DNA from: Clostridia bacterium
GTDB lineage: Bacteria > Bacillota > Clostridia > UMGS1883 > UMGS1540
NCBI GenBank assembly: GCA_045656005.1
Contig: JAZOQG010000083.1
Coordinates: 1 to 60,158, forward strand
Reading direction: 5' to 3'
Length of the DNA stretch: 60,158 nt
The translations under genes and the position numbers were made by a program. The notes beneath the pieces are model-generated. The model was given only the letters and a program-made list of their open reading frames with translations. It was not told the origin of the DNA and searched no databases. Shown here in pieces: positions 27,907 through 37,177 of the stretch (the first letter of the stretch is position 1; each line of letters opens with the position of its first letter).

Positions 27907-28713
27907 TTAATCTTTCCTTCCAAAAGTTTTATAAAGTCTTCCATCGAGCGGCAAATTGTCTGCCAGAAGCTCTGAACCGCCTGCATTTTTATAAATAAGC
28001 TGCATAACGTTTTTCATTTTTGCTGCATTACAAAGCTGAGTTTTTGCATTTCCTAATTTCCCTCTTTGAATACAACCGTGATATTCAAATGCTTCTTCAA
28101 ATTTCCCGAAATTTAAAGAGACATCAGGAATTTCACTTTCATCAAACCAGTAAAGTAACCTTTTCTCCCTCAAGCCGTCTTTATAAACAATTTCGGCTTT
28201 AATTCTTTCATCAGTAAGGCGGCCCGGAACTTTCATAATTTCCTCAACACAATGTAAAAATGTGTTTTTTGTATGGTCAACACCCAACAAAAGAACATAT
28301 CCATCTTCCCTGTAAAAATTACCATAGCATCCTTCAGGATTTACAGGTGAATCTGAAAATCTTTCCTTTTCAACAAATTTTTTCGCACGTTCTCTGTTTC
28401 CAAAAACGGTTATAGAGTGTGTGGGATGAAGGCTTCGCACGCCGTCTTTTCTGGCTGCGGCAATTTTGGGCAAAATACCAATGCAGCTTTCTGCTTTTCT
28501 TAAATCAAGCCTTAGTGTATCCCACGTATGTGTAGGAACGCATAAAAGTCCCCTGCGGGAAGTAACATACTCAACCATAGCAGAAAGAAGTCCCTCTGCC
28601 CCATCTTCAATTTCGCCTATTGATTTTAAGGAAGTATGAACAATAACCGGACTACCATATGGTATATTAAATTTTTCAAGTTCTGTTATTATGTCTTTCT
28701 TTGTCACAATCAT
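27907..28713 (-). CDS. AAC(3)/YokD family N-acetyltransferase
   Basis: VHTSLKSIG, VPTHTW, RSLHPTHS, LLLGVDHTKNTFLH..EE. Confidence 0.88.
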   Translation of the reverse strand: MIVTKKDIITELEKFNIPYGSPVIVHTSLKSIGEIEDGAEGLLSAMVEYVTSRRGLLCVPTHTWDTLRLDLRKAESCIGILPKIAAARKDGVRSLHPTHSITVFGNRERAKKFVEKERFSDSPVNPEGCYGNFYREDGYVLLLGVDHTKNTFLHCVEEIMKVPGRLTDERIKAEIVYKDGLREKRLLYWFDESEIPDVSLNFGKFEEAFEYHGCIQRGKLGNAKTQLCNAAKMKNVMQLIYKNAGGSELLADNLPLDGRLYKTFGRKD

Positions 28714-28793
28714 TTTATTACCATTAACTAAATTTTATTTTCAGATAATCTAATTTTATCACAGTTCTTCATTTGTGTCAACGGACAAAAAAT

Positions 28794-28822
28794 AAACCGC
28801 TCTGCAATATGCAAAACGGTTT
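28794..28822 (-). terminator. Terminator of hup
   Basis: Minus-strand hairpin AAACCGTTTTGCA-tat-TGCAGAGCGGTTT followed by a U-tract. Confidence 0.7.
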
Positions 28823-28842
28823 AATTTTGATAAGTAATTTAA

Positions 28843-29115
28843 TTATTTTACAGCTTCTTTTAAAGCTTTACCAGCTTTGAAAGCAGGAACGTTAGCTGCA
28901 GGAATGTTAACTTCAGCGCCTGTCTGTGGGTTTTTACCCTTGCGAGCAGCTCTGTGACGTGTTTCGAATGTACCAAAACCTACAACGGAAACTTTCTCAC
29001 CTTTCTTCAAAGCATCTGCAACAGTACCGAGGAGCGCGTCTAATGCTTCACCGGCATCTTTCTTTGTAAGATTTGCTTTGTCAGCAATTGCAGCGATTAA
29101 TTCTGTTTTGTTCAT
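28843..29115 (-). CDS. hup: DNA-binding protein HU
   Basis: [39 protein letters not shown]; AAGGAGG RBS. Confidence 0.97.
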   Translation of the reverse strand: MNKTELIAAIADKANLTKKDAGEALDALLGTVADALKKGEKVSVVGFGTFETRHRAARKGKNPQTGAEVNIPAANVPAFKAGKALKEAVK

Positions 29116-29274
29116 TTTAATATCCTCCTTTAGTTTACTTAAGTGTATTGTAACACTTTTAATAGATAATTTCAACAGTTTTTTTAAAATTTTGAAGTTT
29201 TTTTTCAAAAAAATGTTAAAATTTTAAAAAACTATTACTTTTTTTCAATTTTTTCCAGAAAACATGTAATAAAT

Positions 29275-29502
29275 TTATACAATTTCAAAATCTTCCGGCT
29301 TAAATTTACCTGTTTTAAACGTTCTTACTCTGCGAACCTTATACTTAAAAGGGTCAAACGCATACTTTCTGCAAACGTTATTAGCCGGAACAATATTTTT
29401 AAATCTGCAAAAACATTCTCTGCTCACAGTGGGCGAAACAGAAAACTTACAATATTTGCAACAATGTGGATAAGACAAATTTTTAAAAGCTATTATTTCC
29501 AC
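29275..29502 (-). CDS. Small Cys-rich hypothetical protein
   Basis: CCKYC...CFC...CRKYAFDPFK...EDF; GTG start. Confidence 0.6.
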   Translation of the reverse strand: MEIIAFKNLSYPHCCKYCKFSVSPTVSRECFCRFKNIVPANNVCRKYAFDPFKYKVRRVRTFKTGKFKPEDFEIV

Positions 29503-29570
29503 CCTCTTTCCTGCATATTACCCGAAAAACAACAAAAAATATTATTAATTTTTTTGAAAGGAGCAAAAAA

Positions 29571-30002
29571 ATGAAAACAACACTTACTTGTATATTTCCA
29601 AGCGAGCAATGTGCCTTTGTAGCCACAAATCGGGTAAAAGAATCAGGTTATGAAATTAACAAGGTTTACGTTTCACCCAAAAACAGCACCGTAAATCGCG
29701 GACGCATAAATGCCTCAAGTGGTTTTTTTGAATATTCTTATCTTCCCTTCACCCAAAGCGGACCCGGGCAAACATACCCCGAAGAAGGTAACATATATCC
29801 ACCGGGACAGATTGCAAGCGTTGCCGCCGCCTTAGGGTTTGAAAATGGAATCAACCCCTTTAAAAAGGAACTCCCAAAAGAAATATCCGACTCACTTCCA
29901 AATTCCTATGCTTTTATGAGGTGCGATATAAGTTCACATCAGACAAAGGAAGTTTCAAAGCTTTTATCAGAAAATGGTGGTGAAAACATTAAAACCTATT
30001 AA
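29571..30002 (+). CDS. Hypothetical protein
   Basis: 143 aa ORF with AAAGGAG RBS. Confidence 0.6.
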   Translation: MKTTLTCIFPSEQCAFVATNRVKESGYEINKVYVSPKNSTVNRGRINASSGFFEYSYLPFTQSGPGQTYPEEGNIYPPGQIASVAAALGFENGINPFKKELPKEISDSLPNSYAFMRCDISSHQTKEVSKLLSENGGENIKTY

Positions 30003-30004
30003 AA

Positions 30005-30946
30005 TTAAGAATTTGCTTTTATAAACTCACAAAGTTTCTCGTAAGAAACTATTCCTGTGGATGCGCCCTTTGCACTTACACAATGAGCACCAACGGCATT
30101 TGCCAAAACTGCACAGTCTTTAAAACTTAAACCTTTAACCATACCGCTTAAAAATCCTGCACAGAAGCTATCACCTGCACCTGTTGTATCAACGGCATTT
30201 GCCTTAAAGCAAGGAACAAAAATTTCCTCACTATTCTTTGTTTCTCTTAAATAACAACCACGGCTTCCAAGTTTTATAACACAACTTTTAATACCCATGC
30301 CAAAGAATACATCAGCAATCTTTGAAGGGTCGGTTTCTCCGCCCGCAAGCTCTATTGCCTCATCTATTGAGGGAAGGAATACATCAATATATTCCATGCA
30401 TGGAGAAAGAAGTTCCATCCATCTTCCGCTGCTATCCCACGCAGTATCCAAAACAGTAGTTTTACCCATTTCTTTGCAGCGTTTTAAAACGCGTGCACAA
30501 TCACCATTATCCATTTTGTCCATAAGCATTGTGCCTGCAATGAACACAATATTACTGTTTTCAATAACATCCCAGTTAATGTCATCATAACCAAATGTTT
30601 TATTTGCACCAACGGTATGTAAAAAGCTACGCTCACCGTTTGAAGCTGACAACACTACGGACGCAGATGTCTGATTCTCTAAATCAGTTGCAATACCATC
30701 AGCATTTACTCCCCATTTTACGAGCTCGCCTTTAAGAAAATCACCGAAGTTATCTTCGCCAACTTTTCCGAGCACTGCAACATCGAGTCCAATTTTAGCC
30801 ATGTCAATTCCCGCATTCATAGCACAACCGCCGCTGAAAGTTTCTATTGAAGAAATTCTTTCCAAAAGACCTGCTCCGGGAATTTTATCAACAGGTTTTG
30901 CAATTACGTCAGCAACCAAAATGCCGACACAAGCAACATCAAACAT
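30005..30946 (-). CDS. PfkB family carbohydrate kinase
   Basis: GGCAMNAG, GKVGEDNFG, DTTGAGDSF. Confidence 0.92.
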   Translation of the reverse strand: MFDVACVGILVADVIAKPVDKIPGAGLLERISSIETFSGGCAMNAGIDMAKIGLDVAVLGKVGEDNFGDFLKGELVKWGVNADGIATDLENQTSASVVLSASNGERSFLHTVGANKTFGYDDINWDVIENSNIVFIAGTMLMDKMDNGDCARVLKRCKEMGKTTVLDTAWDSSGRWMELLSPCMEYIDVFLPSIDEAIELAGGETDPSKIADVFFGMGIKSCVIKLGSRGCYLRETKNSEEIFVPCFKANAVDTTGAGDSFCAGFLSGMVKGLSFKDCAVLANAVGAHCVSAKGASTGIVSYEKLCEFIKANS

Positions 30947-30990
30947 TTTTTCACAGCCTTTCATAAGCCTAAATATAAAAGAAAGAAAAA

Positions 30991-31013
30991 GTGACCGCCT
31001 GCTGGTCGGTCAC
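30991..31013 (-). terminator. Terminator of yceD-rpmF
   Basis: GTGACCG...CGGTCAC stem followed by a U-rich tract on the minus strand. Confidence 0.75.
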
Positions 31014-31040
31014 AATAAGCTACATGTATTTTGCTACAGC

Positions 31041-31220
31041 TTACGCTTCCTTTTTAATAACTTCCTTACCCTTGTAGTAACCACATTCACCGCAGATACG
31101 ATGAGGCATTATAAGAGCCTGACATTTAGGGCACTTAATCATGCCGGGAATTAAAAGCTTCCAGTTAGCTCTTCTTTTGTTTTTTCTCGCCTTGGAGGTC
31201 TTATTCTTTGGAACTGCCAT
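31041..31220 (-). CDS. rpmF: 50S ribosomal protein L32 (not in the ORF track; zinc-ribbon form)
   Basis: MAVPKNKTSKARKNKRRANWKLLIPGMIKCPKCQALIMPHRICGECGYYKGKEVIKKEA, 59 aa, downstream of yceD. Confidence 0.96.
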   Translation of the reverse strand: MAVPKNKTSKARKNKRRANWKLLIPGMIKCPKCQALIMPHRICGECGYYKGKEVIKKEA

Positions 31221-31223
31221 AAT

Positions 31224-31715
31224 TTACACCTCGTCTTTCAAATTAAGATTTTTAAGTTTTTCCCAGACTGCATCACTCTCAAAAGACGGGCAACCGCAGT
31301 CGGTAACATTCAAATTGCTCCCGCATTTAGGACAGAGCCCTTTGCAGGAAGGCTTACATAAAACACACATGGGTTTTTCGCAGATAATTTCCTCATAAAA
31401 AACATCAGTTAAATCAACCTTATTGTTTTCCATGCGAAGTTCTTCTTCTCCATCCCCCACGGTATTAACATAATTAATATTGAAACTGTATTCAGCTTCA
31501 CCGCCGCACCTTGCACACTCTGTTTTAAATGAACCTTTAAGTGTAGCAAATATCTCAATGGTGCCGCTCATATTTTTTGCAAAACCGGAAACGAGCACAG
31601 GTTTTTCAAAAATCATACTGCTTCCGAAAACCTCTTTGTTTTCCATTTCGATTTCGCGGCTGAAATTAAGTGTATTATCATAATTTGCCGAAATTTCTGT
31701 TAAATCAAGTATCAT
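31224..31715 (-). CDS. yceD: YceD/DUF177 protein
   Basis: CARC, LCKPSCKGLCPKCG.NLN...C.C; precedes rpmF; GGAGGTG RBS. Confidence 0.9.
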   Translation of the reverse strand: MILDLTEISANYDNTLNFSREIEMENKEVFGSSMIFEKPVLVSGFAKNMSGTIEIFATLKGSFKTECARCGGEAEYSFNINYVNTVGDGEEELRMENNKVDLTDVFYEEIICEKPMCVLCKPSCKGLCPKCGSNLNVTDCGCPSFESDAVWEKLKNLNLKDEV

Positions 31716-31745
31716 AGTACACCTCCAACCAAGCGAAGCAATAGT

Positions 31746-31774
31746 ATTATATACTGAAAACCGCAGTTTGTCAA
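31746..31774 (-). promoter_or_regulatory. Consensus sigma-A promoter of yceD-rpmF
   Basis: TTGACA-17 bp-TATAAT. Confidence 0.8.
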
Positions 31775-31788
31775 GGGTTTTTATGAAT

Positions 31789-33141
31789 TTAATCAAATTT
31801 ACTTTGTAAAATTACTTTGAGGAAAACTATACTTAAGGTAAGTGACATTACCTCTGCAATTGGAAAAGCCCACCATACATTATTAACATTCCCCGTAAGT
31901 GATAAAAGATAAGCGGCTGGAAGAAGTACCACAAGCTGTCTTGCTATAGATACAATAAGCGAATATGCCGCATTTCCAAGTGCCTGAAATACAGAGCCGC
32001 ATATTATACAAAAACCTGCAAAAATAAAGCTGTCACTTATTGTTCTGAGTGCAGGAACACCAATTTTCAGCATTTCTTCCGAAGCATTGAAAAAGTTTAA
32101 CAAAACGTTTGGAAGCATCTGGAAAAGTGCAAATCCCAAAGCCATCATTATTATTGCATAAACCATGGAAAGCTTTATAGTTTTTGTTACTCTTTTTTTG
32201 TTTTTTGCACCGTAGTTAAAAGCCACAATCGGCACCATGCCGTTGTTAAGTCCGAATATAGGCATAAATATAAAACTTTGCAGTTTAAAATATACACCGA
32301 ACACGGCAGTTGCAGTAGCAGTAAAGGAAATAAGTATTTTATTAAGTCCGAAAGTCATAACAGAGCCTATGCTCATCATGAGTATTGAAGGAATACCGAC
32401 CTTGTATATTTCCCTTATCGTTTTTTTCGATGGTTTTAAAATACCTTTTCCAAGTTTTATTTCCTTGTTAAACTTAATATTTAACATTATTCCCACAATC
32501 ATAGCGCAAATCTGACCTATAACGGTTGCAATTGCCGCACCTGCAACACCCATTGTAGGCACAGGTCCAAACCCGAAAATAAATATAGGGTCAAGTATGA
32601 TATTTACCACAGCACCTGATATTTGACTTATCATTGAATAAATTGTTTTCCCCGTTGAGAGCAGAAGTCTTTCAAATGTAATCTGGCCAAATATTCCAAA
32701 GGAAAACAGTGAACAGATTAAAAGATATATATATCCGCCTGAAACTATTTCAGGGTCTTTTGTCTGAAACTCAAAAAATGGTTTCGAAAGAAACACGCCC
32801 AAAATTGCGAATACAATATAGCTTAATGCAACGAGAAAAACACCTACGTTTGCAGCTTTATTTGCATTATCGTATTCTTTTGCACCAAGATTTCTCGAAA
32901 GAAGTGCATTTATACCAACACCTGTTCCTGACCCTACCGCAATCATTAAGTTCTGAAAGGGAAAAGCAAGAGATACCGCAGTCAGTGCTTCTTCACTTAC
33001 ATAAGAAACGAATATACTATCCACCACATTGTAAAGTGCCTGAACAAGCATCGAAATCACTATGGGAAGTGACATGGTAATCAAAAGTTTGTTTATGGGC
33101 ATTGTACCCATTTTATTTTCGTTTTGCATATTATTTTCCAT
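31789..33141 (-). CDS. MATE family efflux transporter
   Basis: QALYNVVDSIFV, NIILDPIFIFG, GVAGAAIAT; about 12 TMs. Confidence 0.93.
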   Translation of the reverse strand: MENNMQNENKMGTMPINKLLITMSLPIVISMLVQALYNVVDSIFVSYVSEEALTAVSLAFPFQNLMIAVGSGTGVGINALLSRNLGAKEYDNANKAANVGVFLVALSYIVFAILGVFLSKPFFEFQTKDPEIVSGGYIYLLICSLFSFGIFGQITFERLLLSTGKTIYSMISQISGAVVNIILDPIFIFGFGPVPTMGVAGAAIATVIGQICAMIVGIMLNIKFNKEIKLGKGILKPSKKTIREIYKVGIPSILMMSIGSVMTFGLNKILISFTATATAVFGVYFKLQSFIFMPIFGLNNGMVPIVAFNYGAKNKKRVTKTIKLSMVYAIIMMALGFALFQMLPNVLLNFFNASEEMLKIGVPALRTISDSFIFAGFCIICGSVFQALGNAAYSLIVSIARQLVVLLPAAYLLSLTGNVNNVWWAFPIAEVMSLTLSIVFLKVILQSKFD

Positions 33142-33301
33142 TTTTTTATTTTCCTTTGCACAAAAAAATCTATTATATATTATACAATACAATAAAATTA
33201 AAGTCAATATTTTTGGTTTTAATTTCCGGTTTAATTTTTTACAAAATACGCAAACTATAATCATTCCGTAATATTAATTTTAACGAATCGAGGCAATAAT
33301 C

Positions 33302-33952
33302 TTGAAACAAAAAGGCTTTTTCTTCCTTATCTCCATAGCACTTTGTGCTCTTTTTATTTTTTTAAATCCCTCTTTTGAAGATGCTTTGTCAAAAAGAGGC
33401 TCTCGTGGAGACGAGGTTTTAAATATTCAGAAACGTCTTTCATCATGGGGATATTATAGTGGTAAAATAGACGGAATATACGGAGCAGAAACAGAAAATG
33501 CAGTCAAAAAATTTCAGAAAAAGCACTCTCTCACTCCCGATGGTGTTGCAGGCGCAGCGACACTTGAAAAATTGGGACTTAAAAGCGGCTCTTCGGGGAA
33601 CAGCGACAGCGTAAATTTACTTGCAAGAGCCATCAACGGCGAGGCACGGGGTGAGCCATATACAGGGCAGGTCGCAGTTGGCGCGGTAATTTTAAACAGA
33701 GTAGAGCACCCCTCTTTTCCAAACACAATTGCCGGAGTAATTTACCAGCCCGGTGCCTTCACCGCCGTTTCTGACGGACAAATCCACGCACAAATGGAAG
33801 AAAGCTGCATCCGTGCCGCAAAAGATGCATTAAACGGATGGGACCCTGCAGGCGGTGCAATATATTACTATAATCCCAAAACAGCTACAAACCGTTGGAT
33901 TAGAACACGCCCTATAATCGCAACAATAGGTAAACATGTGTTTTGCGATTGA
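33302..33952 (+). CDS. sleB: Spore cortex-lytic enzyme SleB
   Basis: Signal peptide, PG-binding domain (GSRG..V, DGIYG, FQKK), Hydrolase_2 motifs LARAINGEARGEPY, VIYQPGAF, IGKHVF. Confidence 0.93.
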   Translation: MKQKGFFFLISIALCALFIFLNPSFEDALSKRGSRGDEVLNIQKRLSSWGYYSGKIDGIYGAETENAVKKFQKKHSLTPDGVAGAATLEKLGLKSGSSGNSDSVNLLARAINGEARGEPYTGQVAVGAVILNRVEHPSFPNTIAGVIYQPGAFTAVSDGQIHAQMEESCIRAAKDALNGWDPAGGAIYYYNPKTATNRWIRTRPIIATIGKHVFCD

Positions 33953-33987
33953 CCATATTAAATAAAATTAAGAAAGGATTTGAAAAA

Positions 33988-34161
33988 ATGAACAAAGCAG
34001 GATTTGTAACAGGACTTATTTCAGGTGCCGTTGTAGGCTCCGTTGTTACCATGGTTATGGACCCCATAAAAGACAAACAAAATAAGGTTATAAAAAAAAG
34101 CGCCGGAAGAGCTTTCCGTACGCTTGGAAGTGTTATTGATACGATAATCGAATCAAACTAA
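33988..34161 (+). CDS. Small YtxH-like membrane-anchored protein
   Basis: MNKAGFVTGLISGAVVGS N-terminal helix; AAAGGA RBS. Confidence 0.6.
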   Translation: MNKAGFVTGLISGAVVGSVVTMVMDPIKDKQNKVIKKSAGRAFRTLGSVIDTIIESN

Positions 34162-34196
34162 TGGGAATAGACCAACAACGTATGTGCAAAACAAAC

Positions 34197-34216
34197 GGGA
34201 GGAGCAAGCTCCTCCC
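34197..34216. terminator. Terminator hairpin between convergent genes
   Basis: GGGAGGAGC-aa-GCTCCTCCC. Confidence 0.65.
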
Positions 34217-34233
34217 CTACATATACATTTTTA

Positions 34234-35493
34234 TCAAAATAATATAATTATAAATTGAGATACTAAAACAACTGCAATAAGTGCAATTGGATAGGTTGCC
34301 GCATAAGCCGAGGCAACATCCTCAGTTCCTGCAACATTTATAAGTGTACCGAGAGCAGGAGTGCTTGTCATGCCGCCGCAAATTGAGCCAAGGTTATTTA
34401 GAAGGCTCAATTTCAGCACATACTTAGCAAACAAATATCCGACAATTAGTGGGAATATTGTCATAATGATGCCATATACAAAGTACATAGGATCGAAGTT
34501 TGCCACAAACTCTGCGCCACCCGGGATACCTGCGCCAACAAGGAAGAGTACAAGTCCCAACTCTCTGAAAAGTTTAAGTGTTGTGTCATTTGGCATAATC
34601 TTTATCTTGCCGATTTTGCCGAAGTGACCAAGTACAAGGCTTGTTAGTAGGCATCCGCCTGTTGTTGTAAGCGAGAAGCAGGTTCCTGAAAGTCCCTGAG
34701 ATGATAGCGGAATCTTTATCTGGCCAACGATTGTGCCAATAACTGCCGCAAGTGCAAAGCCTGCTATGCCCATGTGGTCGATTTCAAAAAGTTTTGCTAT
34801 TGTCTTCTTGCCTTCCTCGGTCTTGATAACAAGCTTTGCTCTTTCCTCGTCCATATTAGCTTTTGTAAGCTTTGGTATAATCTGAACAAAAAGCACAACA
34901 CCGACAACACCGAAAATATACGCGATACCGTGACCAACCGAAACAAGTCCTGTAAACTGAGGTGCAACGGTAGCCTTTGCCGCAGAGAATGCGGGAGTTG
35001 ATGTAAGTGAACCTGACAAAAGTCCGACAATCATAGCAACAAAGCCGTCCTGGCTCTCGATTGTAGCACCGTAGCCGAAGATTTCACCAGCATAGATACA
35101 TAAAACAGCCGAAAGTCCGCCTGCAAGAATTATGATAAATCCTAAAAGCACATAAGACTTAAAGTTCTTCTTGAAGTTTCCGAAAAACTTTGGTCCTGCA
35201 ATAAAGCCTACCGATGTAACGAATAGTATAAGGCCAAGTGCTTCAATTATTGTAAGACCTTGTGAAAAATCATAAGGCTTTGATGAAGCCTCAAACAAAA
35301 GCTCGCCTGCTTCATTTACCCCAAAGAACAATGCACCAAATAGTAGTGCTATAATAAACACGCCTGCATCGCCAAGGGAAATTCCCTTGACTCTAATTCT
35401 TCCAAGCGCATAGCCGAAGAATAGCACTGCAAATACTACAAACAAGAGTGTGTAGGTATTACTGATAGAGATAATTCCATTTAATAAAGTCAT
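34234..35493 (-). CDS. AspT/YidE/YbjL (AAE) family permease, candidate succinate exporter
   Basis: Duplicated G.L.GSLTSTPA / GGMTSTPAL halves, RELGLVLFL, YAATYP; no TrkA-C insert. Confidence 0.85.
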   Translation of the reverse strand: MTLLNGIISISNTYTLLFVVFAVLFFGYALGRIRVKGISLGDAGVFIIALLFGALFFGVNEAGELLFEASSKPYDFSQGLTIIEALGLILFVTSVGFIAGPKFFGNFKKNFKSYVLLGFIIILAGGLSAVLCIYAGEIFGYGATIESQDGFVAMIVGLLSGSLTSTPAFSAAKATVAPQFTGLVSVGHGIAYIFGVVGVVLFVQIIPKLTKANMDEERAKLVIKTEEGKKTIAKLFEIDHMGIAGFALAAVIGTIVGQIKIPLSSQGLSGTCFSLTTTGGCLLTSLVLGHFGKIGKIKIMPNDTTLKLFRELGLVLFLVGAGIPGGAEFVANFDPMYFVYGIIMTIFPLIVGYLFAKYVLKLSLLNNLGSICGGMTSTPALGTLINVAGTEDVASAYAATYPIALIAVVLVSQFIIILF

Positions 35494-35517
35494 TTAGTTT
35501 CGCTTCCTTTCACACGC

Positions 35518-35540
35518 AAAACGCCGACATGCGGCGTTTT
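35518..35540 (-). terminator. Hairpin between the fumarate reductase and permease genes
   Basis: AAAACGCCG-acatg-CGGCGTTTT. Confidence 0.6.
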
Positions 35541-35553
35541 GTAAATCAAATAA

Positions 35554-37161
35554 TTATTTCTCGTCTCTCTTTTTTGTATAGTCAGGCAAAAGTTTTGGAG
35601 AAATCATGTCAGTATCAATTTTTGCATCTGCAATCTCTTTTTCAAATTTATTCACGTGGTCGAGTGAAAGCTTACCTACGTTAACATTTTTAGCTTTTGC
35701 AGCCGCATTTTTACCTGCACTTCTGCCAAACACGATAATATCGAGAAGTGAATTACCCATAAGACGGTTTCTTCCATGAATTCCGCCAACTGCTTCACCT
35801 GCAACAAAAAGGTTTTCAACATTTGTTGTCATGCAGTCATCAGAAATATCAAGTCCGCCGTTCTGATAGTGAAGTGTAGGATAAACCAAAATAGGCTCTT
35901 TGCGGATATCAATGCCATATTTACCAAACATTCTCATCATAGCAGGAATTCTTGCTTCAATTGTGCCTTCGCCGCCGATTTTTTCAATCATTGGAGTATC
36001 GAGCCATACTGCAAGACCATTACCTGTTTCTATGCCGTTTCCGCGGTCGTTACATTCACGGATAATTGATGCCGCAGATACGTCACGAGTTTCAAGCGGA
36101 TGCATAAATGCTTCGCCCTTTGCATTTATAAGCTTTGCACCGAGAGAACGAACCTTCTCTGTTACAAGTGCACCAAAAATCTGTTCAGGATATGCTGCAC
36201 CTGTGGGGTGATACTGAAGTGTTTCCGCATAAAGAAGTGATGCTCCCGCTCTGTAACCGAGCACAAGTCCGTCTGCAGTTGCACCGTAGTGGTTTGATGT
36301 CGGGAATCCCTGATAGTGCATTCTGCCTGCACCGCCTGTTGCAATTATAACAGTTTTTGCTCTTGCAATCAAAATATCGTCAGTTTCCATATTAAGGAGA
36401 ACCGCACCTGCCGCATTTCCGTTTTCATCAAGTATAAGCTCGATTGCAGCAGTAAAGTCAACAACGGGGATTTTTCTGTTTAAAACTTCGTCACGGAGAG
36501 TACGCATAATCTCCGCACCGGAATAGTCTTTTGCAGCATGCATTCTCTTTCTTGATGTACCGCCGCCGTGAGTTGTAATCATGTTGCCGTCTTCGTCCTT
36601 GTCAAATTCAACCCCAAGTTCTGAAAGCCACAAGATAGCTTCGGGAGCATCGCATACGAGTTTTGACAAAAGCTCTCTCTTTGCCGCAAAATGACCGCCG
36701 CCAAATGCATCAACAAAGTGGATTGCAGGAGAGTCGTTTTCTTTGTCAGCAGCCTGAATACCACCCTCTGCCATCATTGTGTTGGCGTCTCCAATACGAA
36801 GCTTTGTAACAATCATAACGTTGGCACCTGCCTCGTGTGCTTCAATAGCCGCAGAAGAACCTGCACCGCCGCCGCCGATAACCAAAACGTCAACATCATA
36901 ATCAGGATTTGAAAGGTCAATCTGGGAAGGGTTTATACGGCTGTGTGCCTGAAGCATCACGGCAAGTTCTTTTGGCACTTTGTCACCCTTATTAGGTCCT
37001 ATAGAGAGCACCTCAAATTCATCCGTTTTATAGTCAGGATGGTACGCTTTAAGTAAATCTTCTTTTTCCTGCGCTGTCATTCTGCGAGGCTCAAGTGCTA
37101 TATTTTTCTCACGCGCCTCTTCAACTGCTTTTATGGAATTTTGGAAATTTTCTGAATACAT
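35554..37161 (-). CDS. frdA: Soluble fumarate reductase flavoprotein (FrdA/TfrA-like)
   Basis: IGGGGAG, AEGG, QYHPT, TEKVR, LETRD, HYQNGG, HGRNRLMGNSL; in an operon with fumC and hdr-flx. Confidence 0.8.
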   Translation of the reverse strand: MYSENFQNSIKAVEEAREKNIALEPRRMTAQEKEDLLKAYHPDYKTDEFEVLSIGPNKGDKVPKELAVMLQAHSRINPSQIDLSNPDYDVDVLVIGGGGAGSSAAIEAHEAGANVMIVTKLRIGDANTMMAEGGIQAADKENDSPAIHFVDAFGGGHFAAKRELLSKLVCDAPEAILWLSELGVEFDKDEDGNMITTHGGGTSRKRMHAAKDYSGAEIMRTLRDEVLNRKIPVVDFTAAIELILDENGNAAGAVLLNMETDDILIARAKTVIIATGGAGRMHYQGFPTSNHYGATADGLVLGYRAGASLLYAETLQYHPTGAAYPEQIFGALVTEKVRSLGAKLINAKGEAFMHPLETRDVSAASIIRECNDRGNGIETGNGLAVWLDTPMIEKIGGEGTIEARIPAMMRMFGKYGIDIRKEPILVYPTLHYQNGGLDISDDCMTTNVENLFVAGEAVGGIHGRNRLMGNSLLDIIVFGRSAGKNAAAKAKNVNVGKLSLDHVNKFEKEIADAKIDTDMISPKLLPDYTKKRDEK

Positions 37162-37177
37162 TTTAATCCACCCTCCC

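Noticed and set aside
27907-28713. AAC(3)-family gene as an acquired aminoglycoside resistance gene
   Set aside because: Chromosomal context next to hup with no mobile element; YokD-like homologs are common and not shown here to confer resistance.
29116-29208. N-terminal extension of HU
   Set aside because: Strong RBS before MNKTELI; the extension covers promoter DNA.
29511-29545. Sporulation sigma F/G promoter before the 29571 gene
   Set aside because: GCATA...AATATTA spacing is off consensus in AT-rich DNA; too weak.
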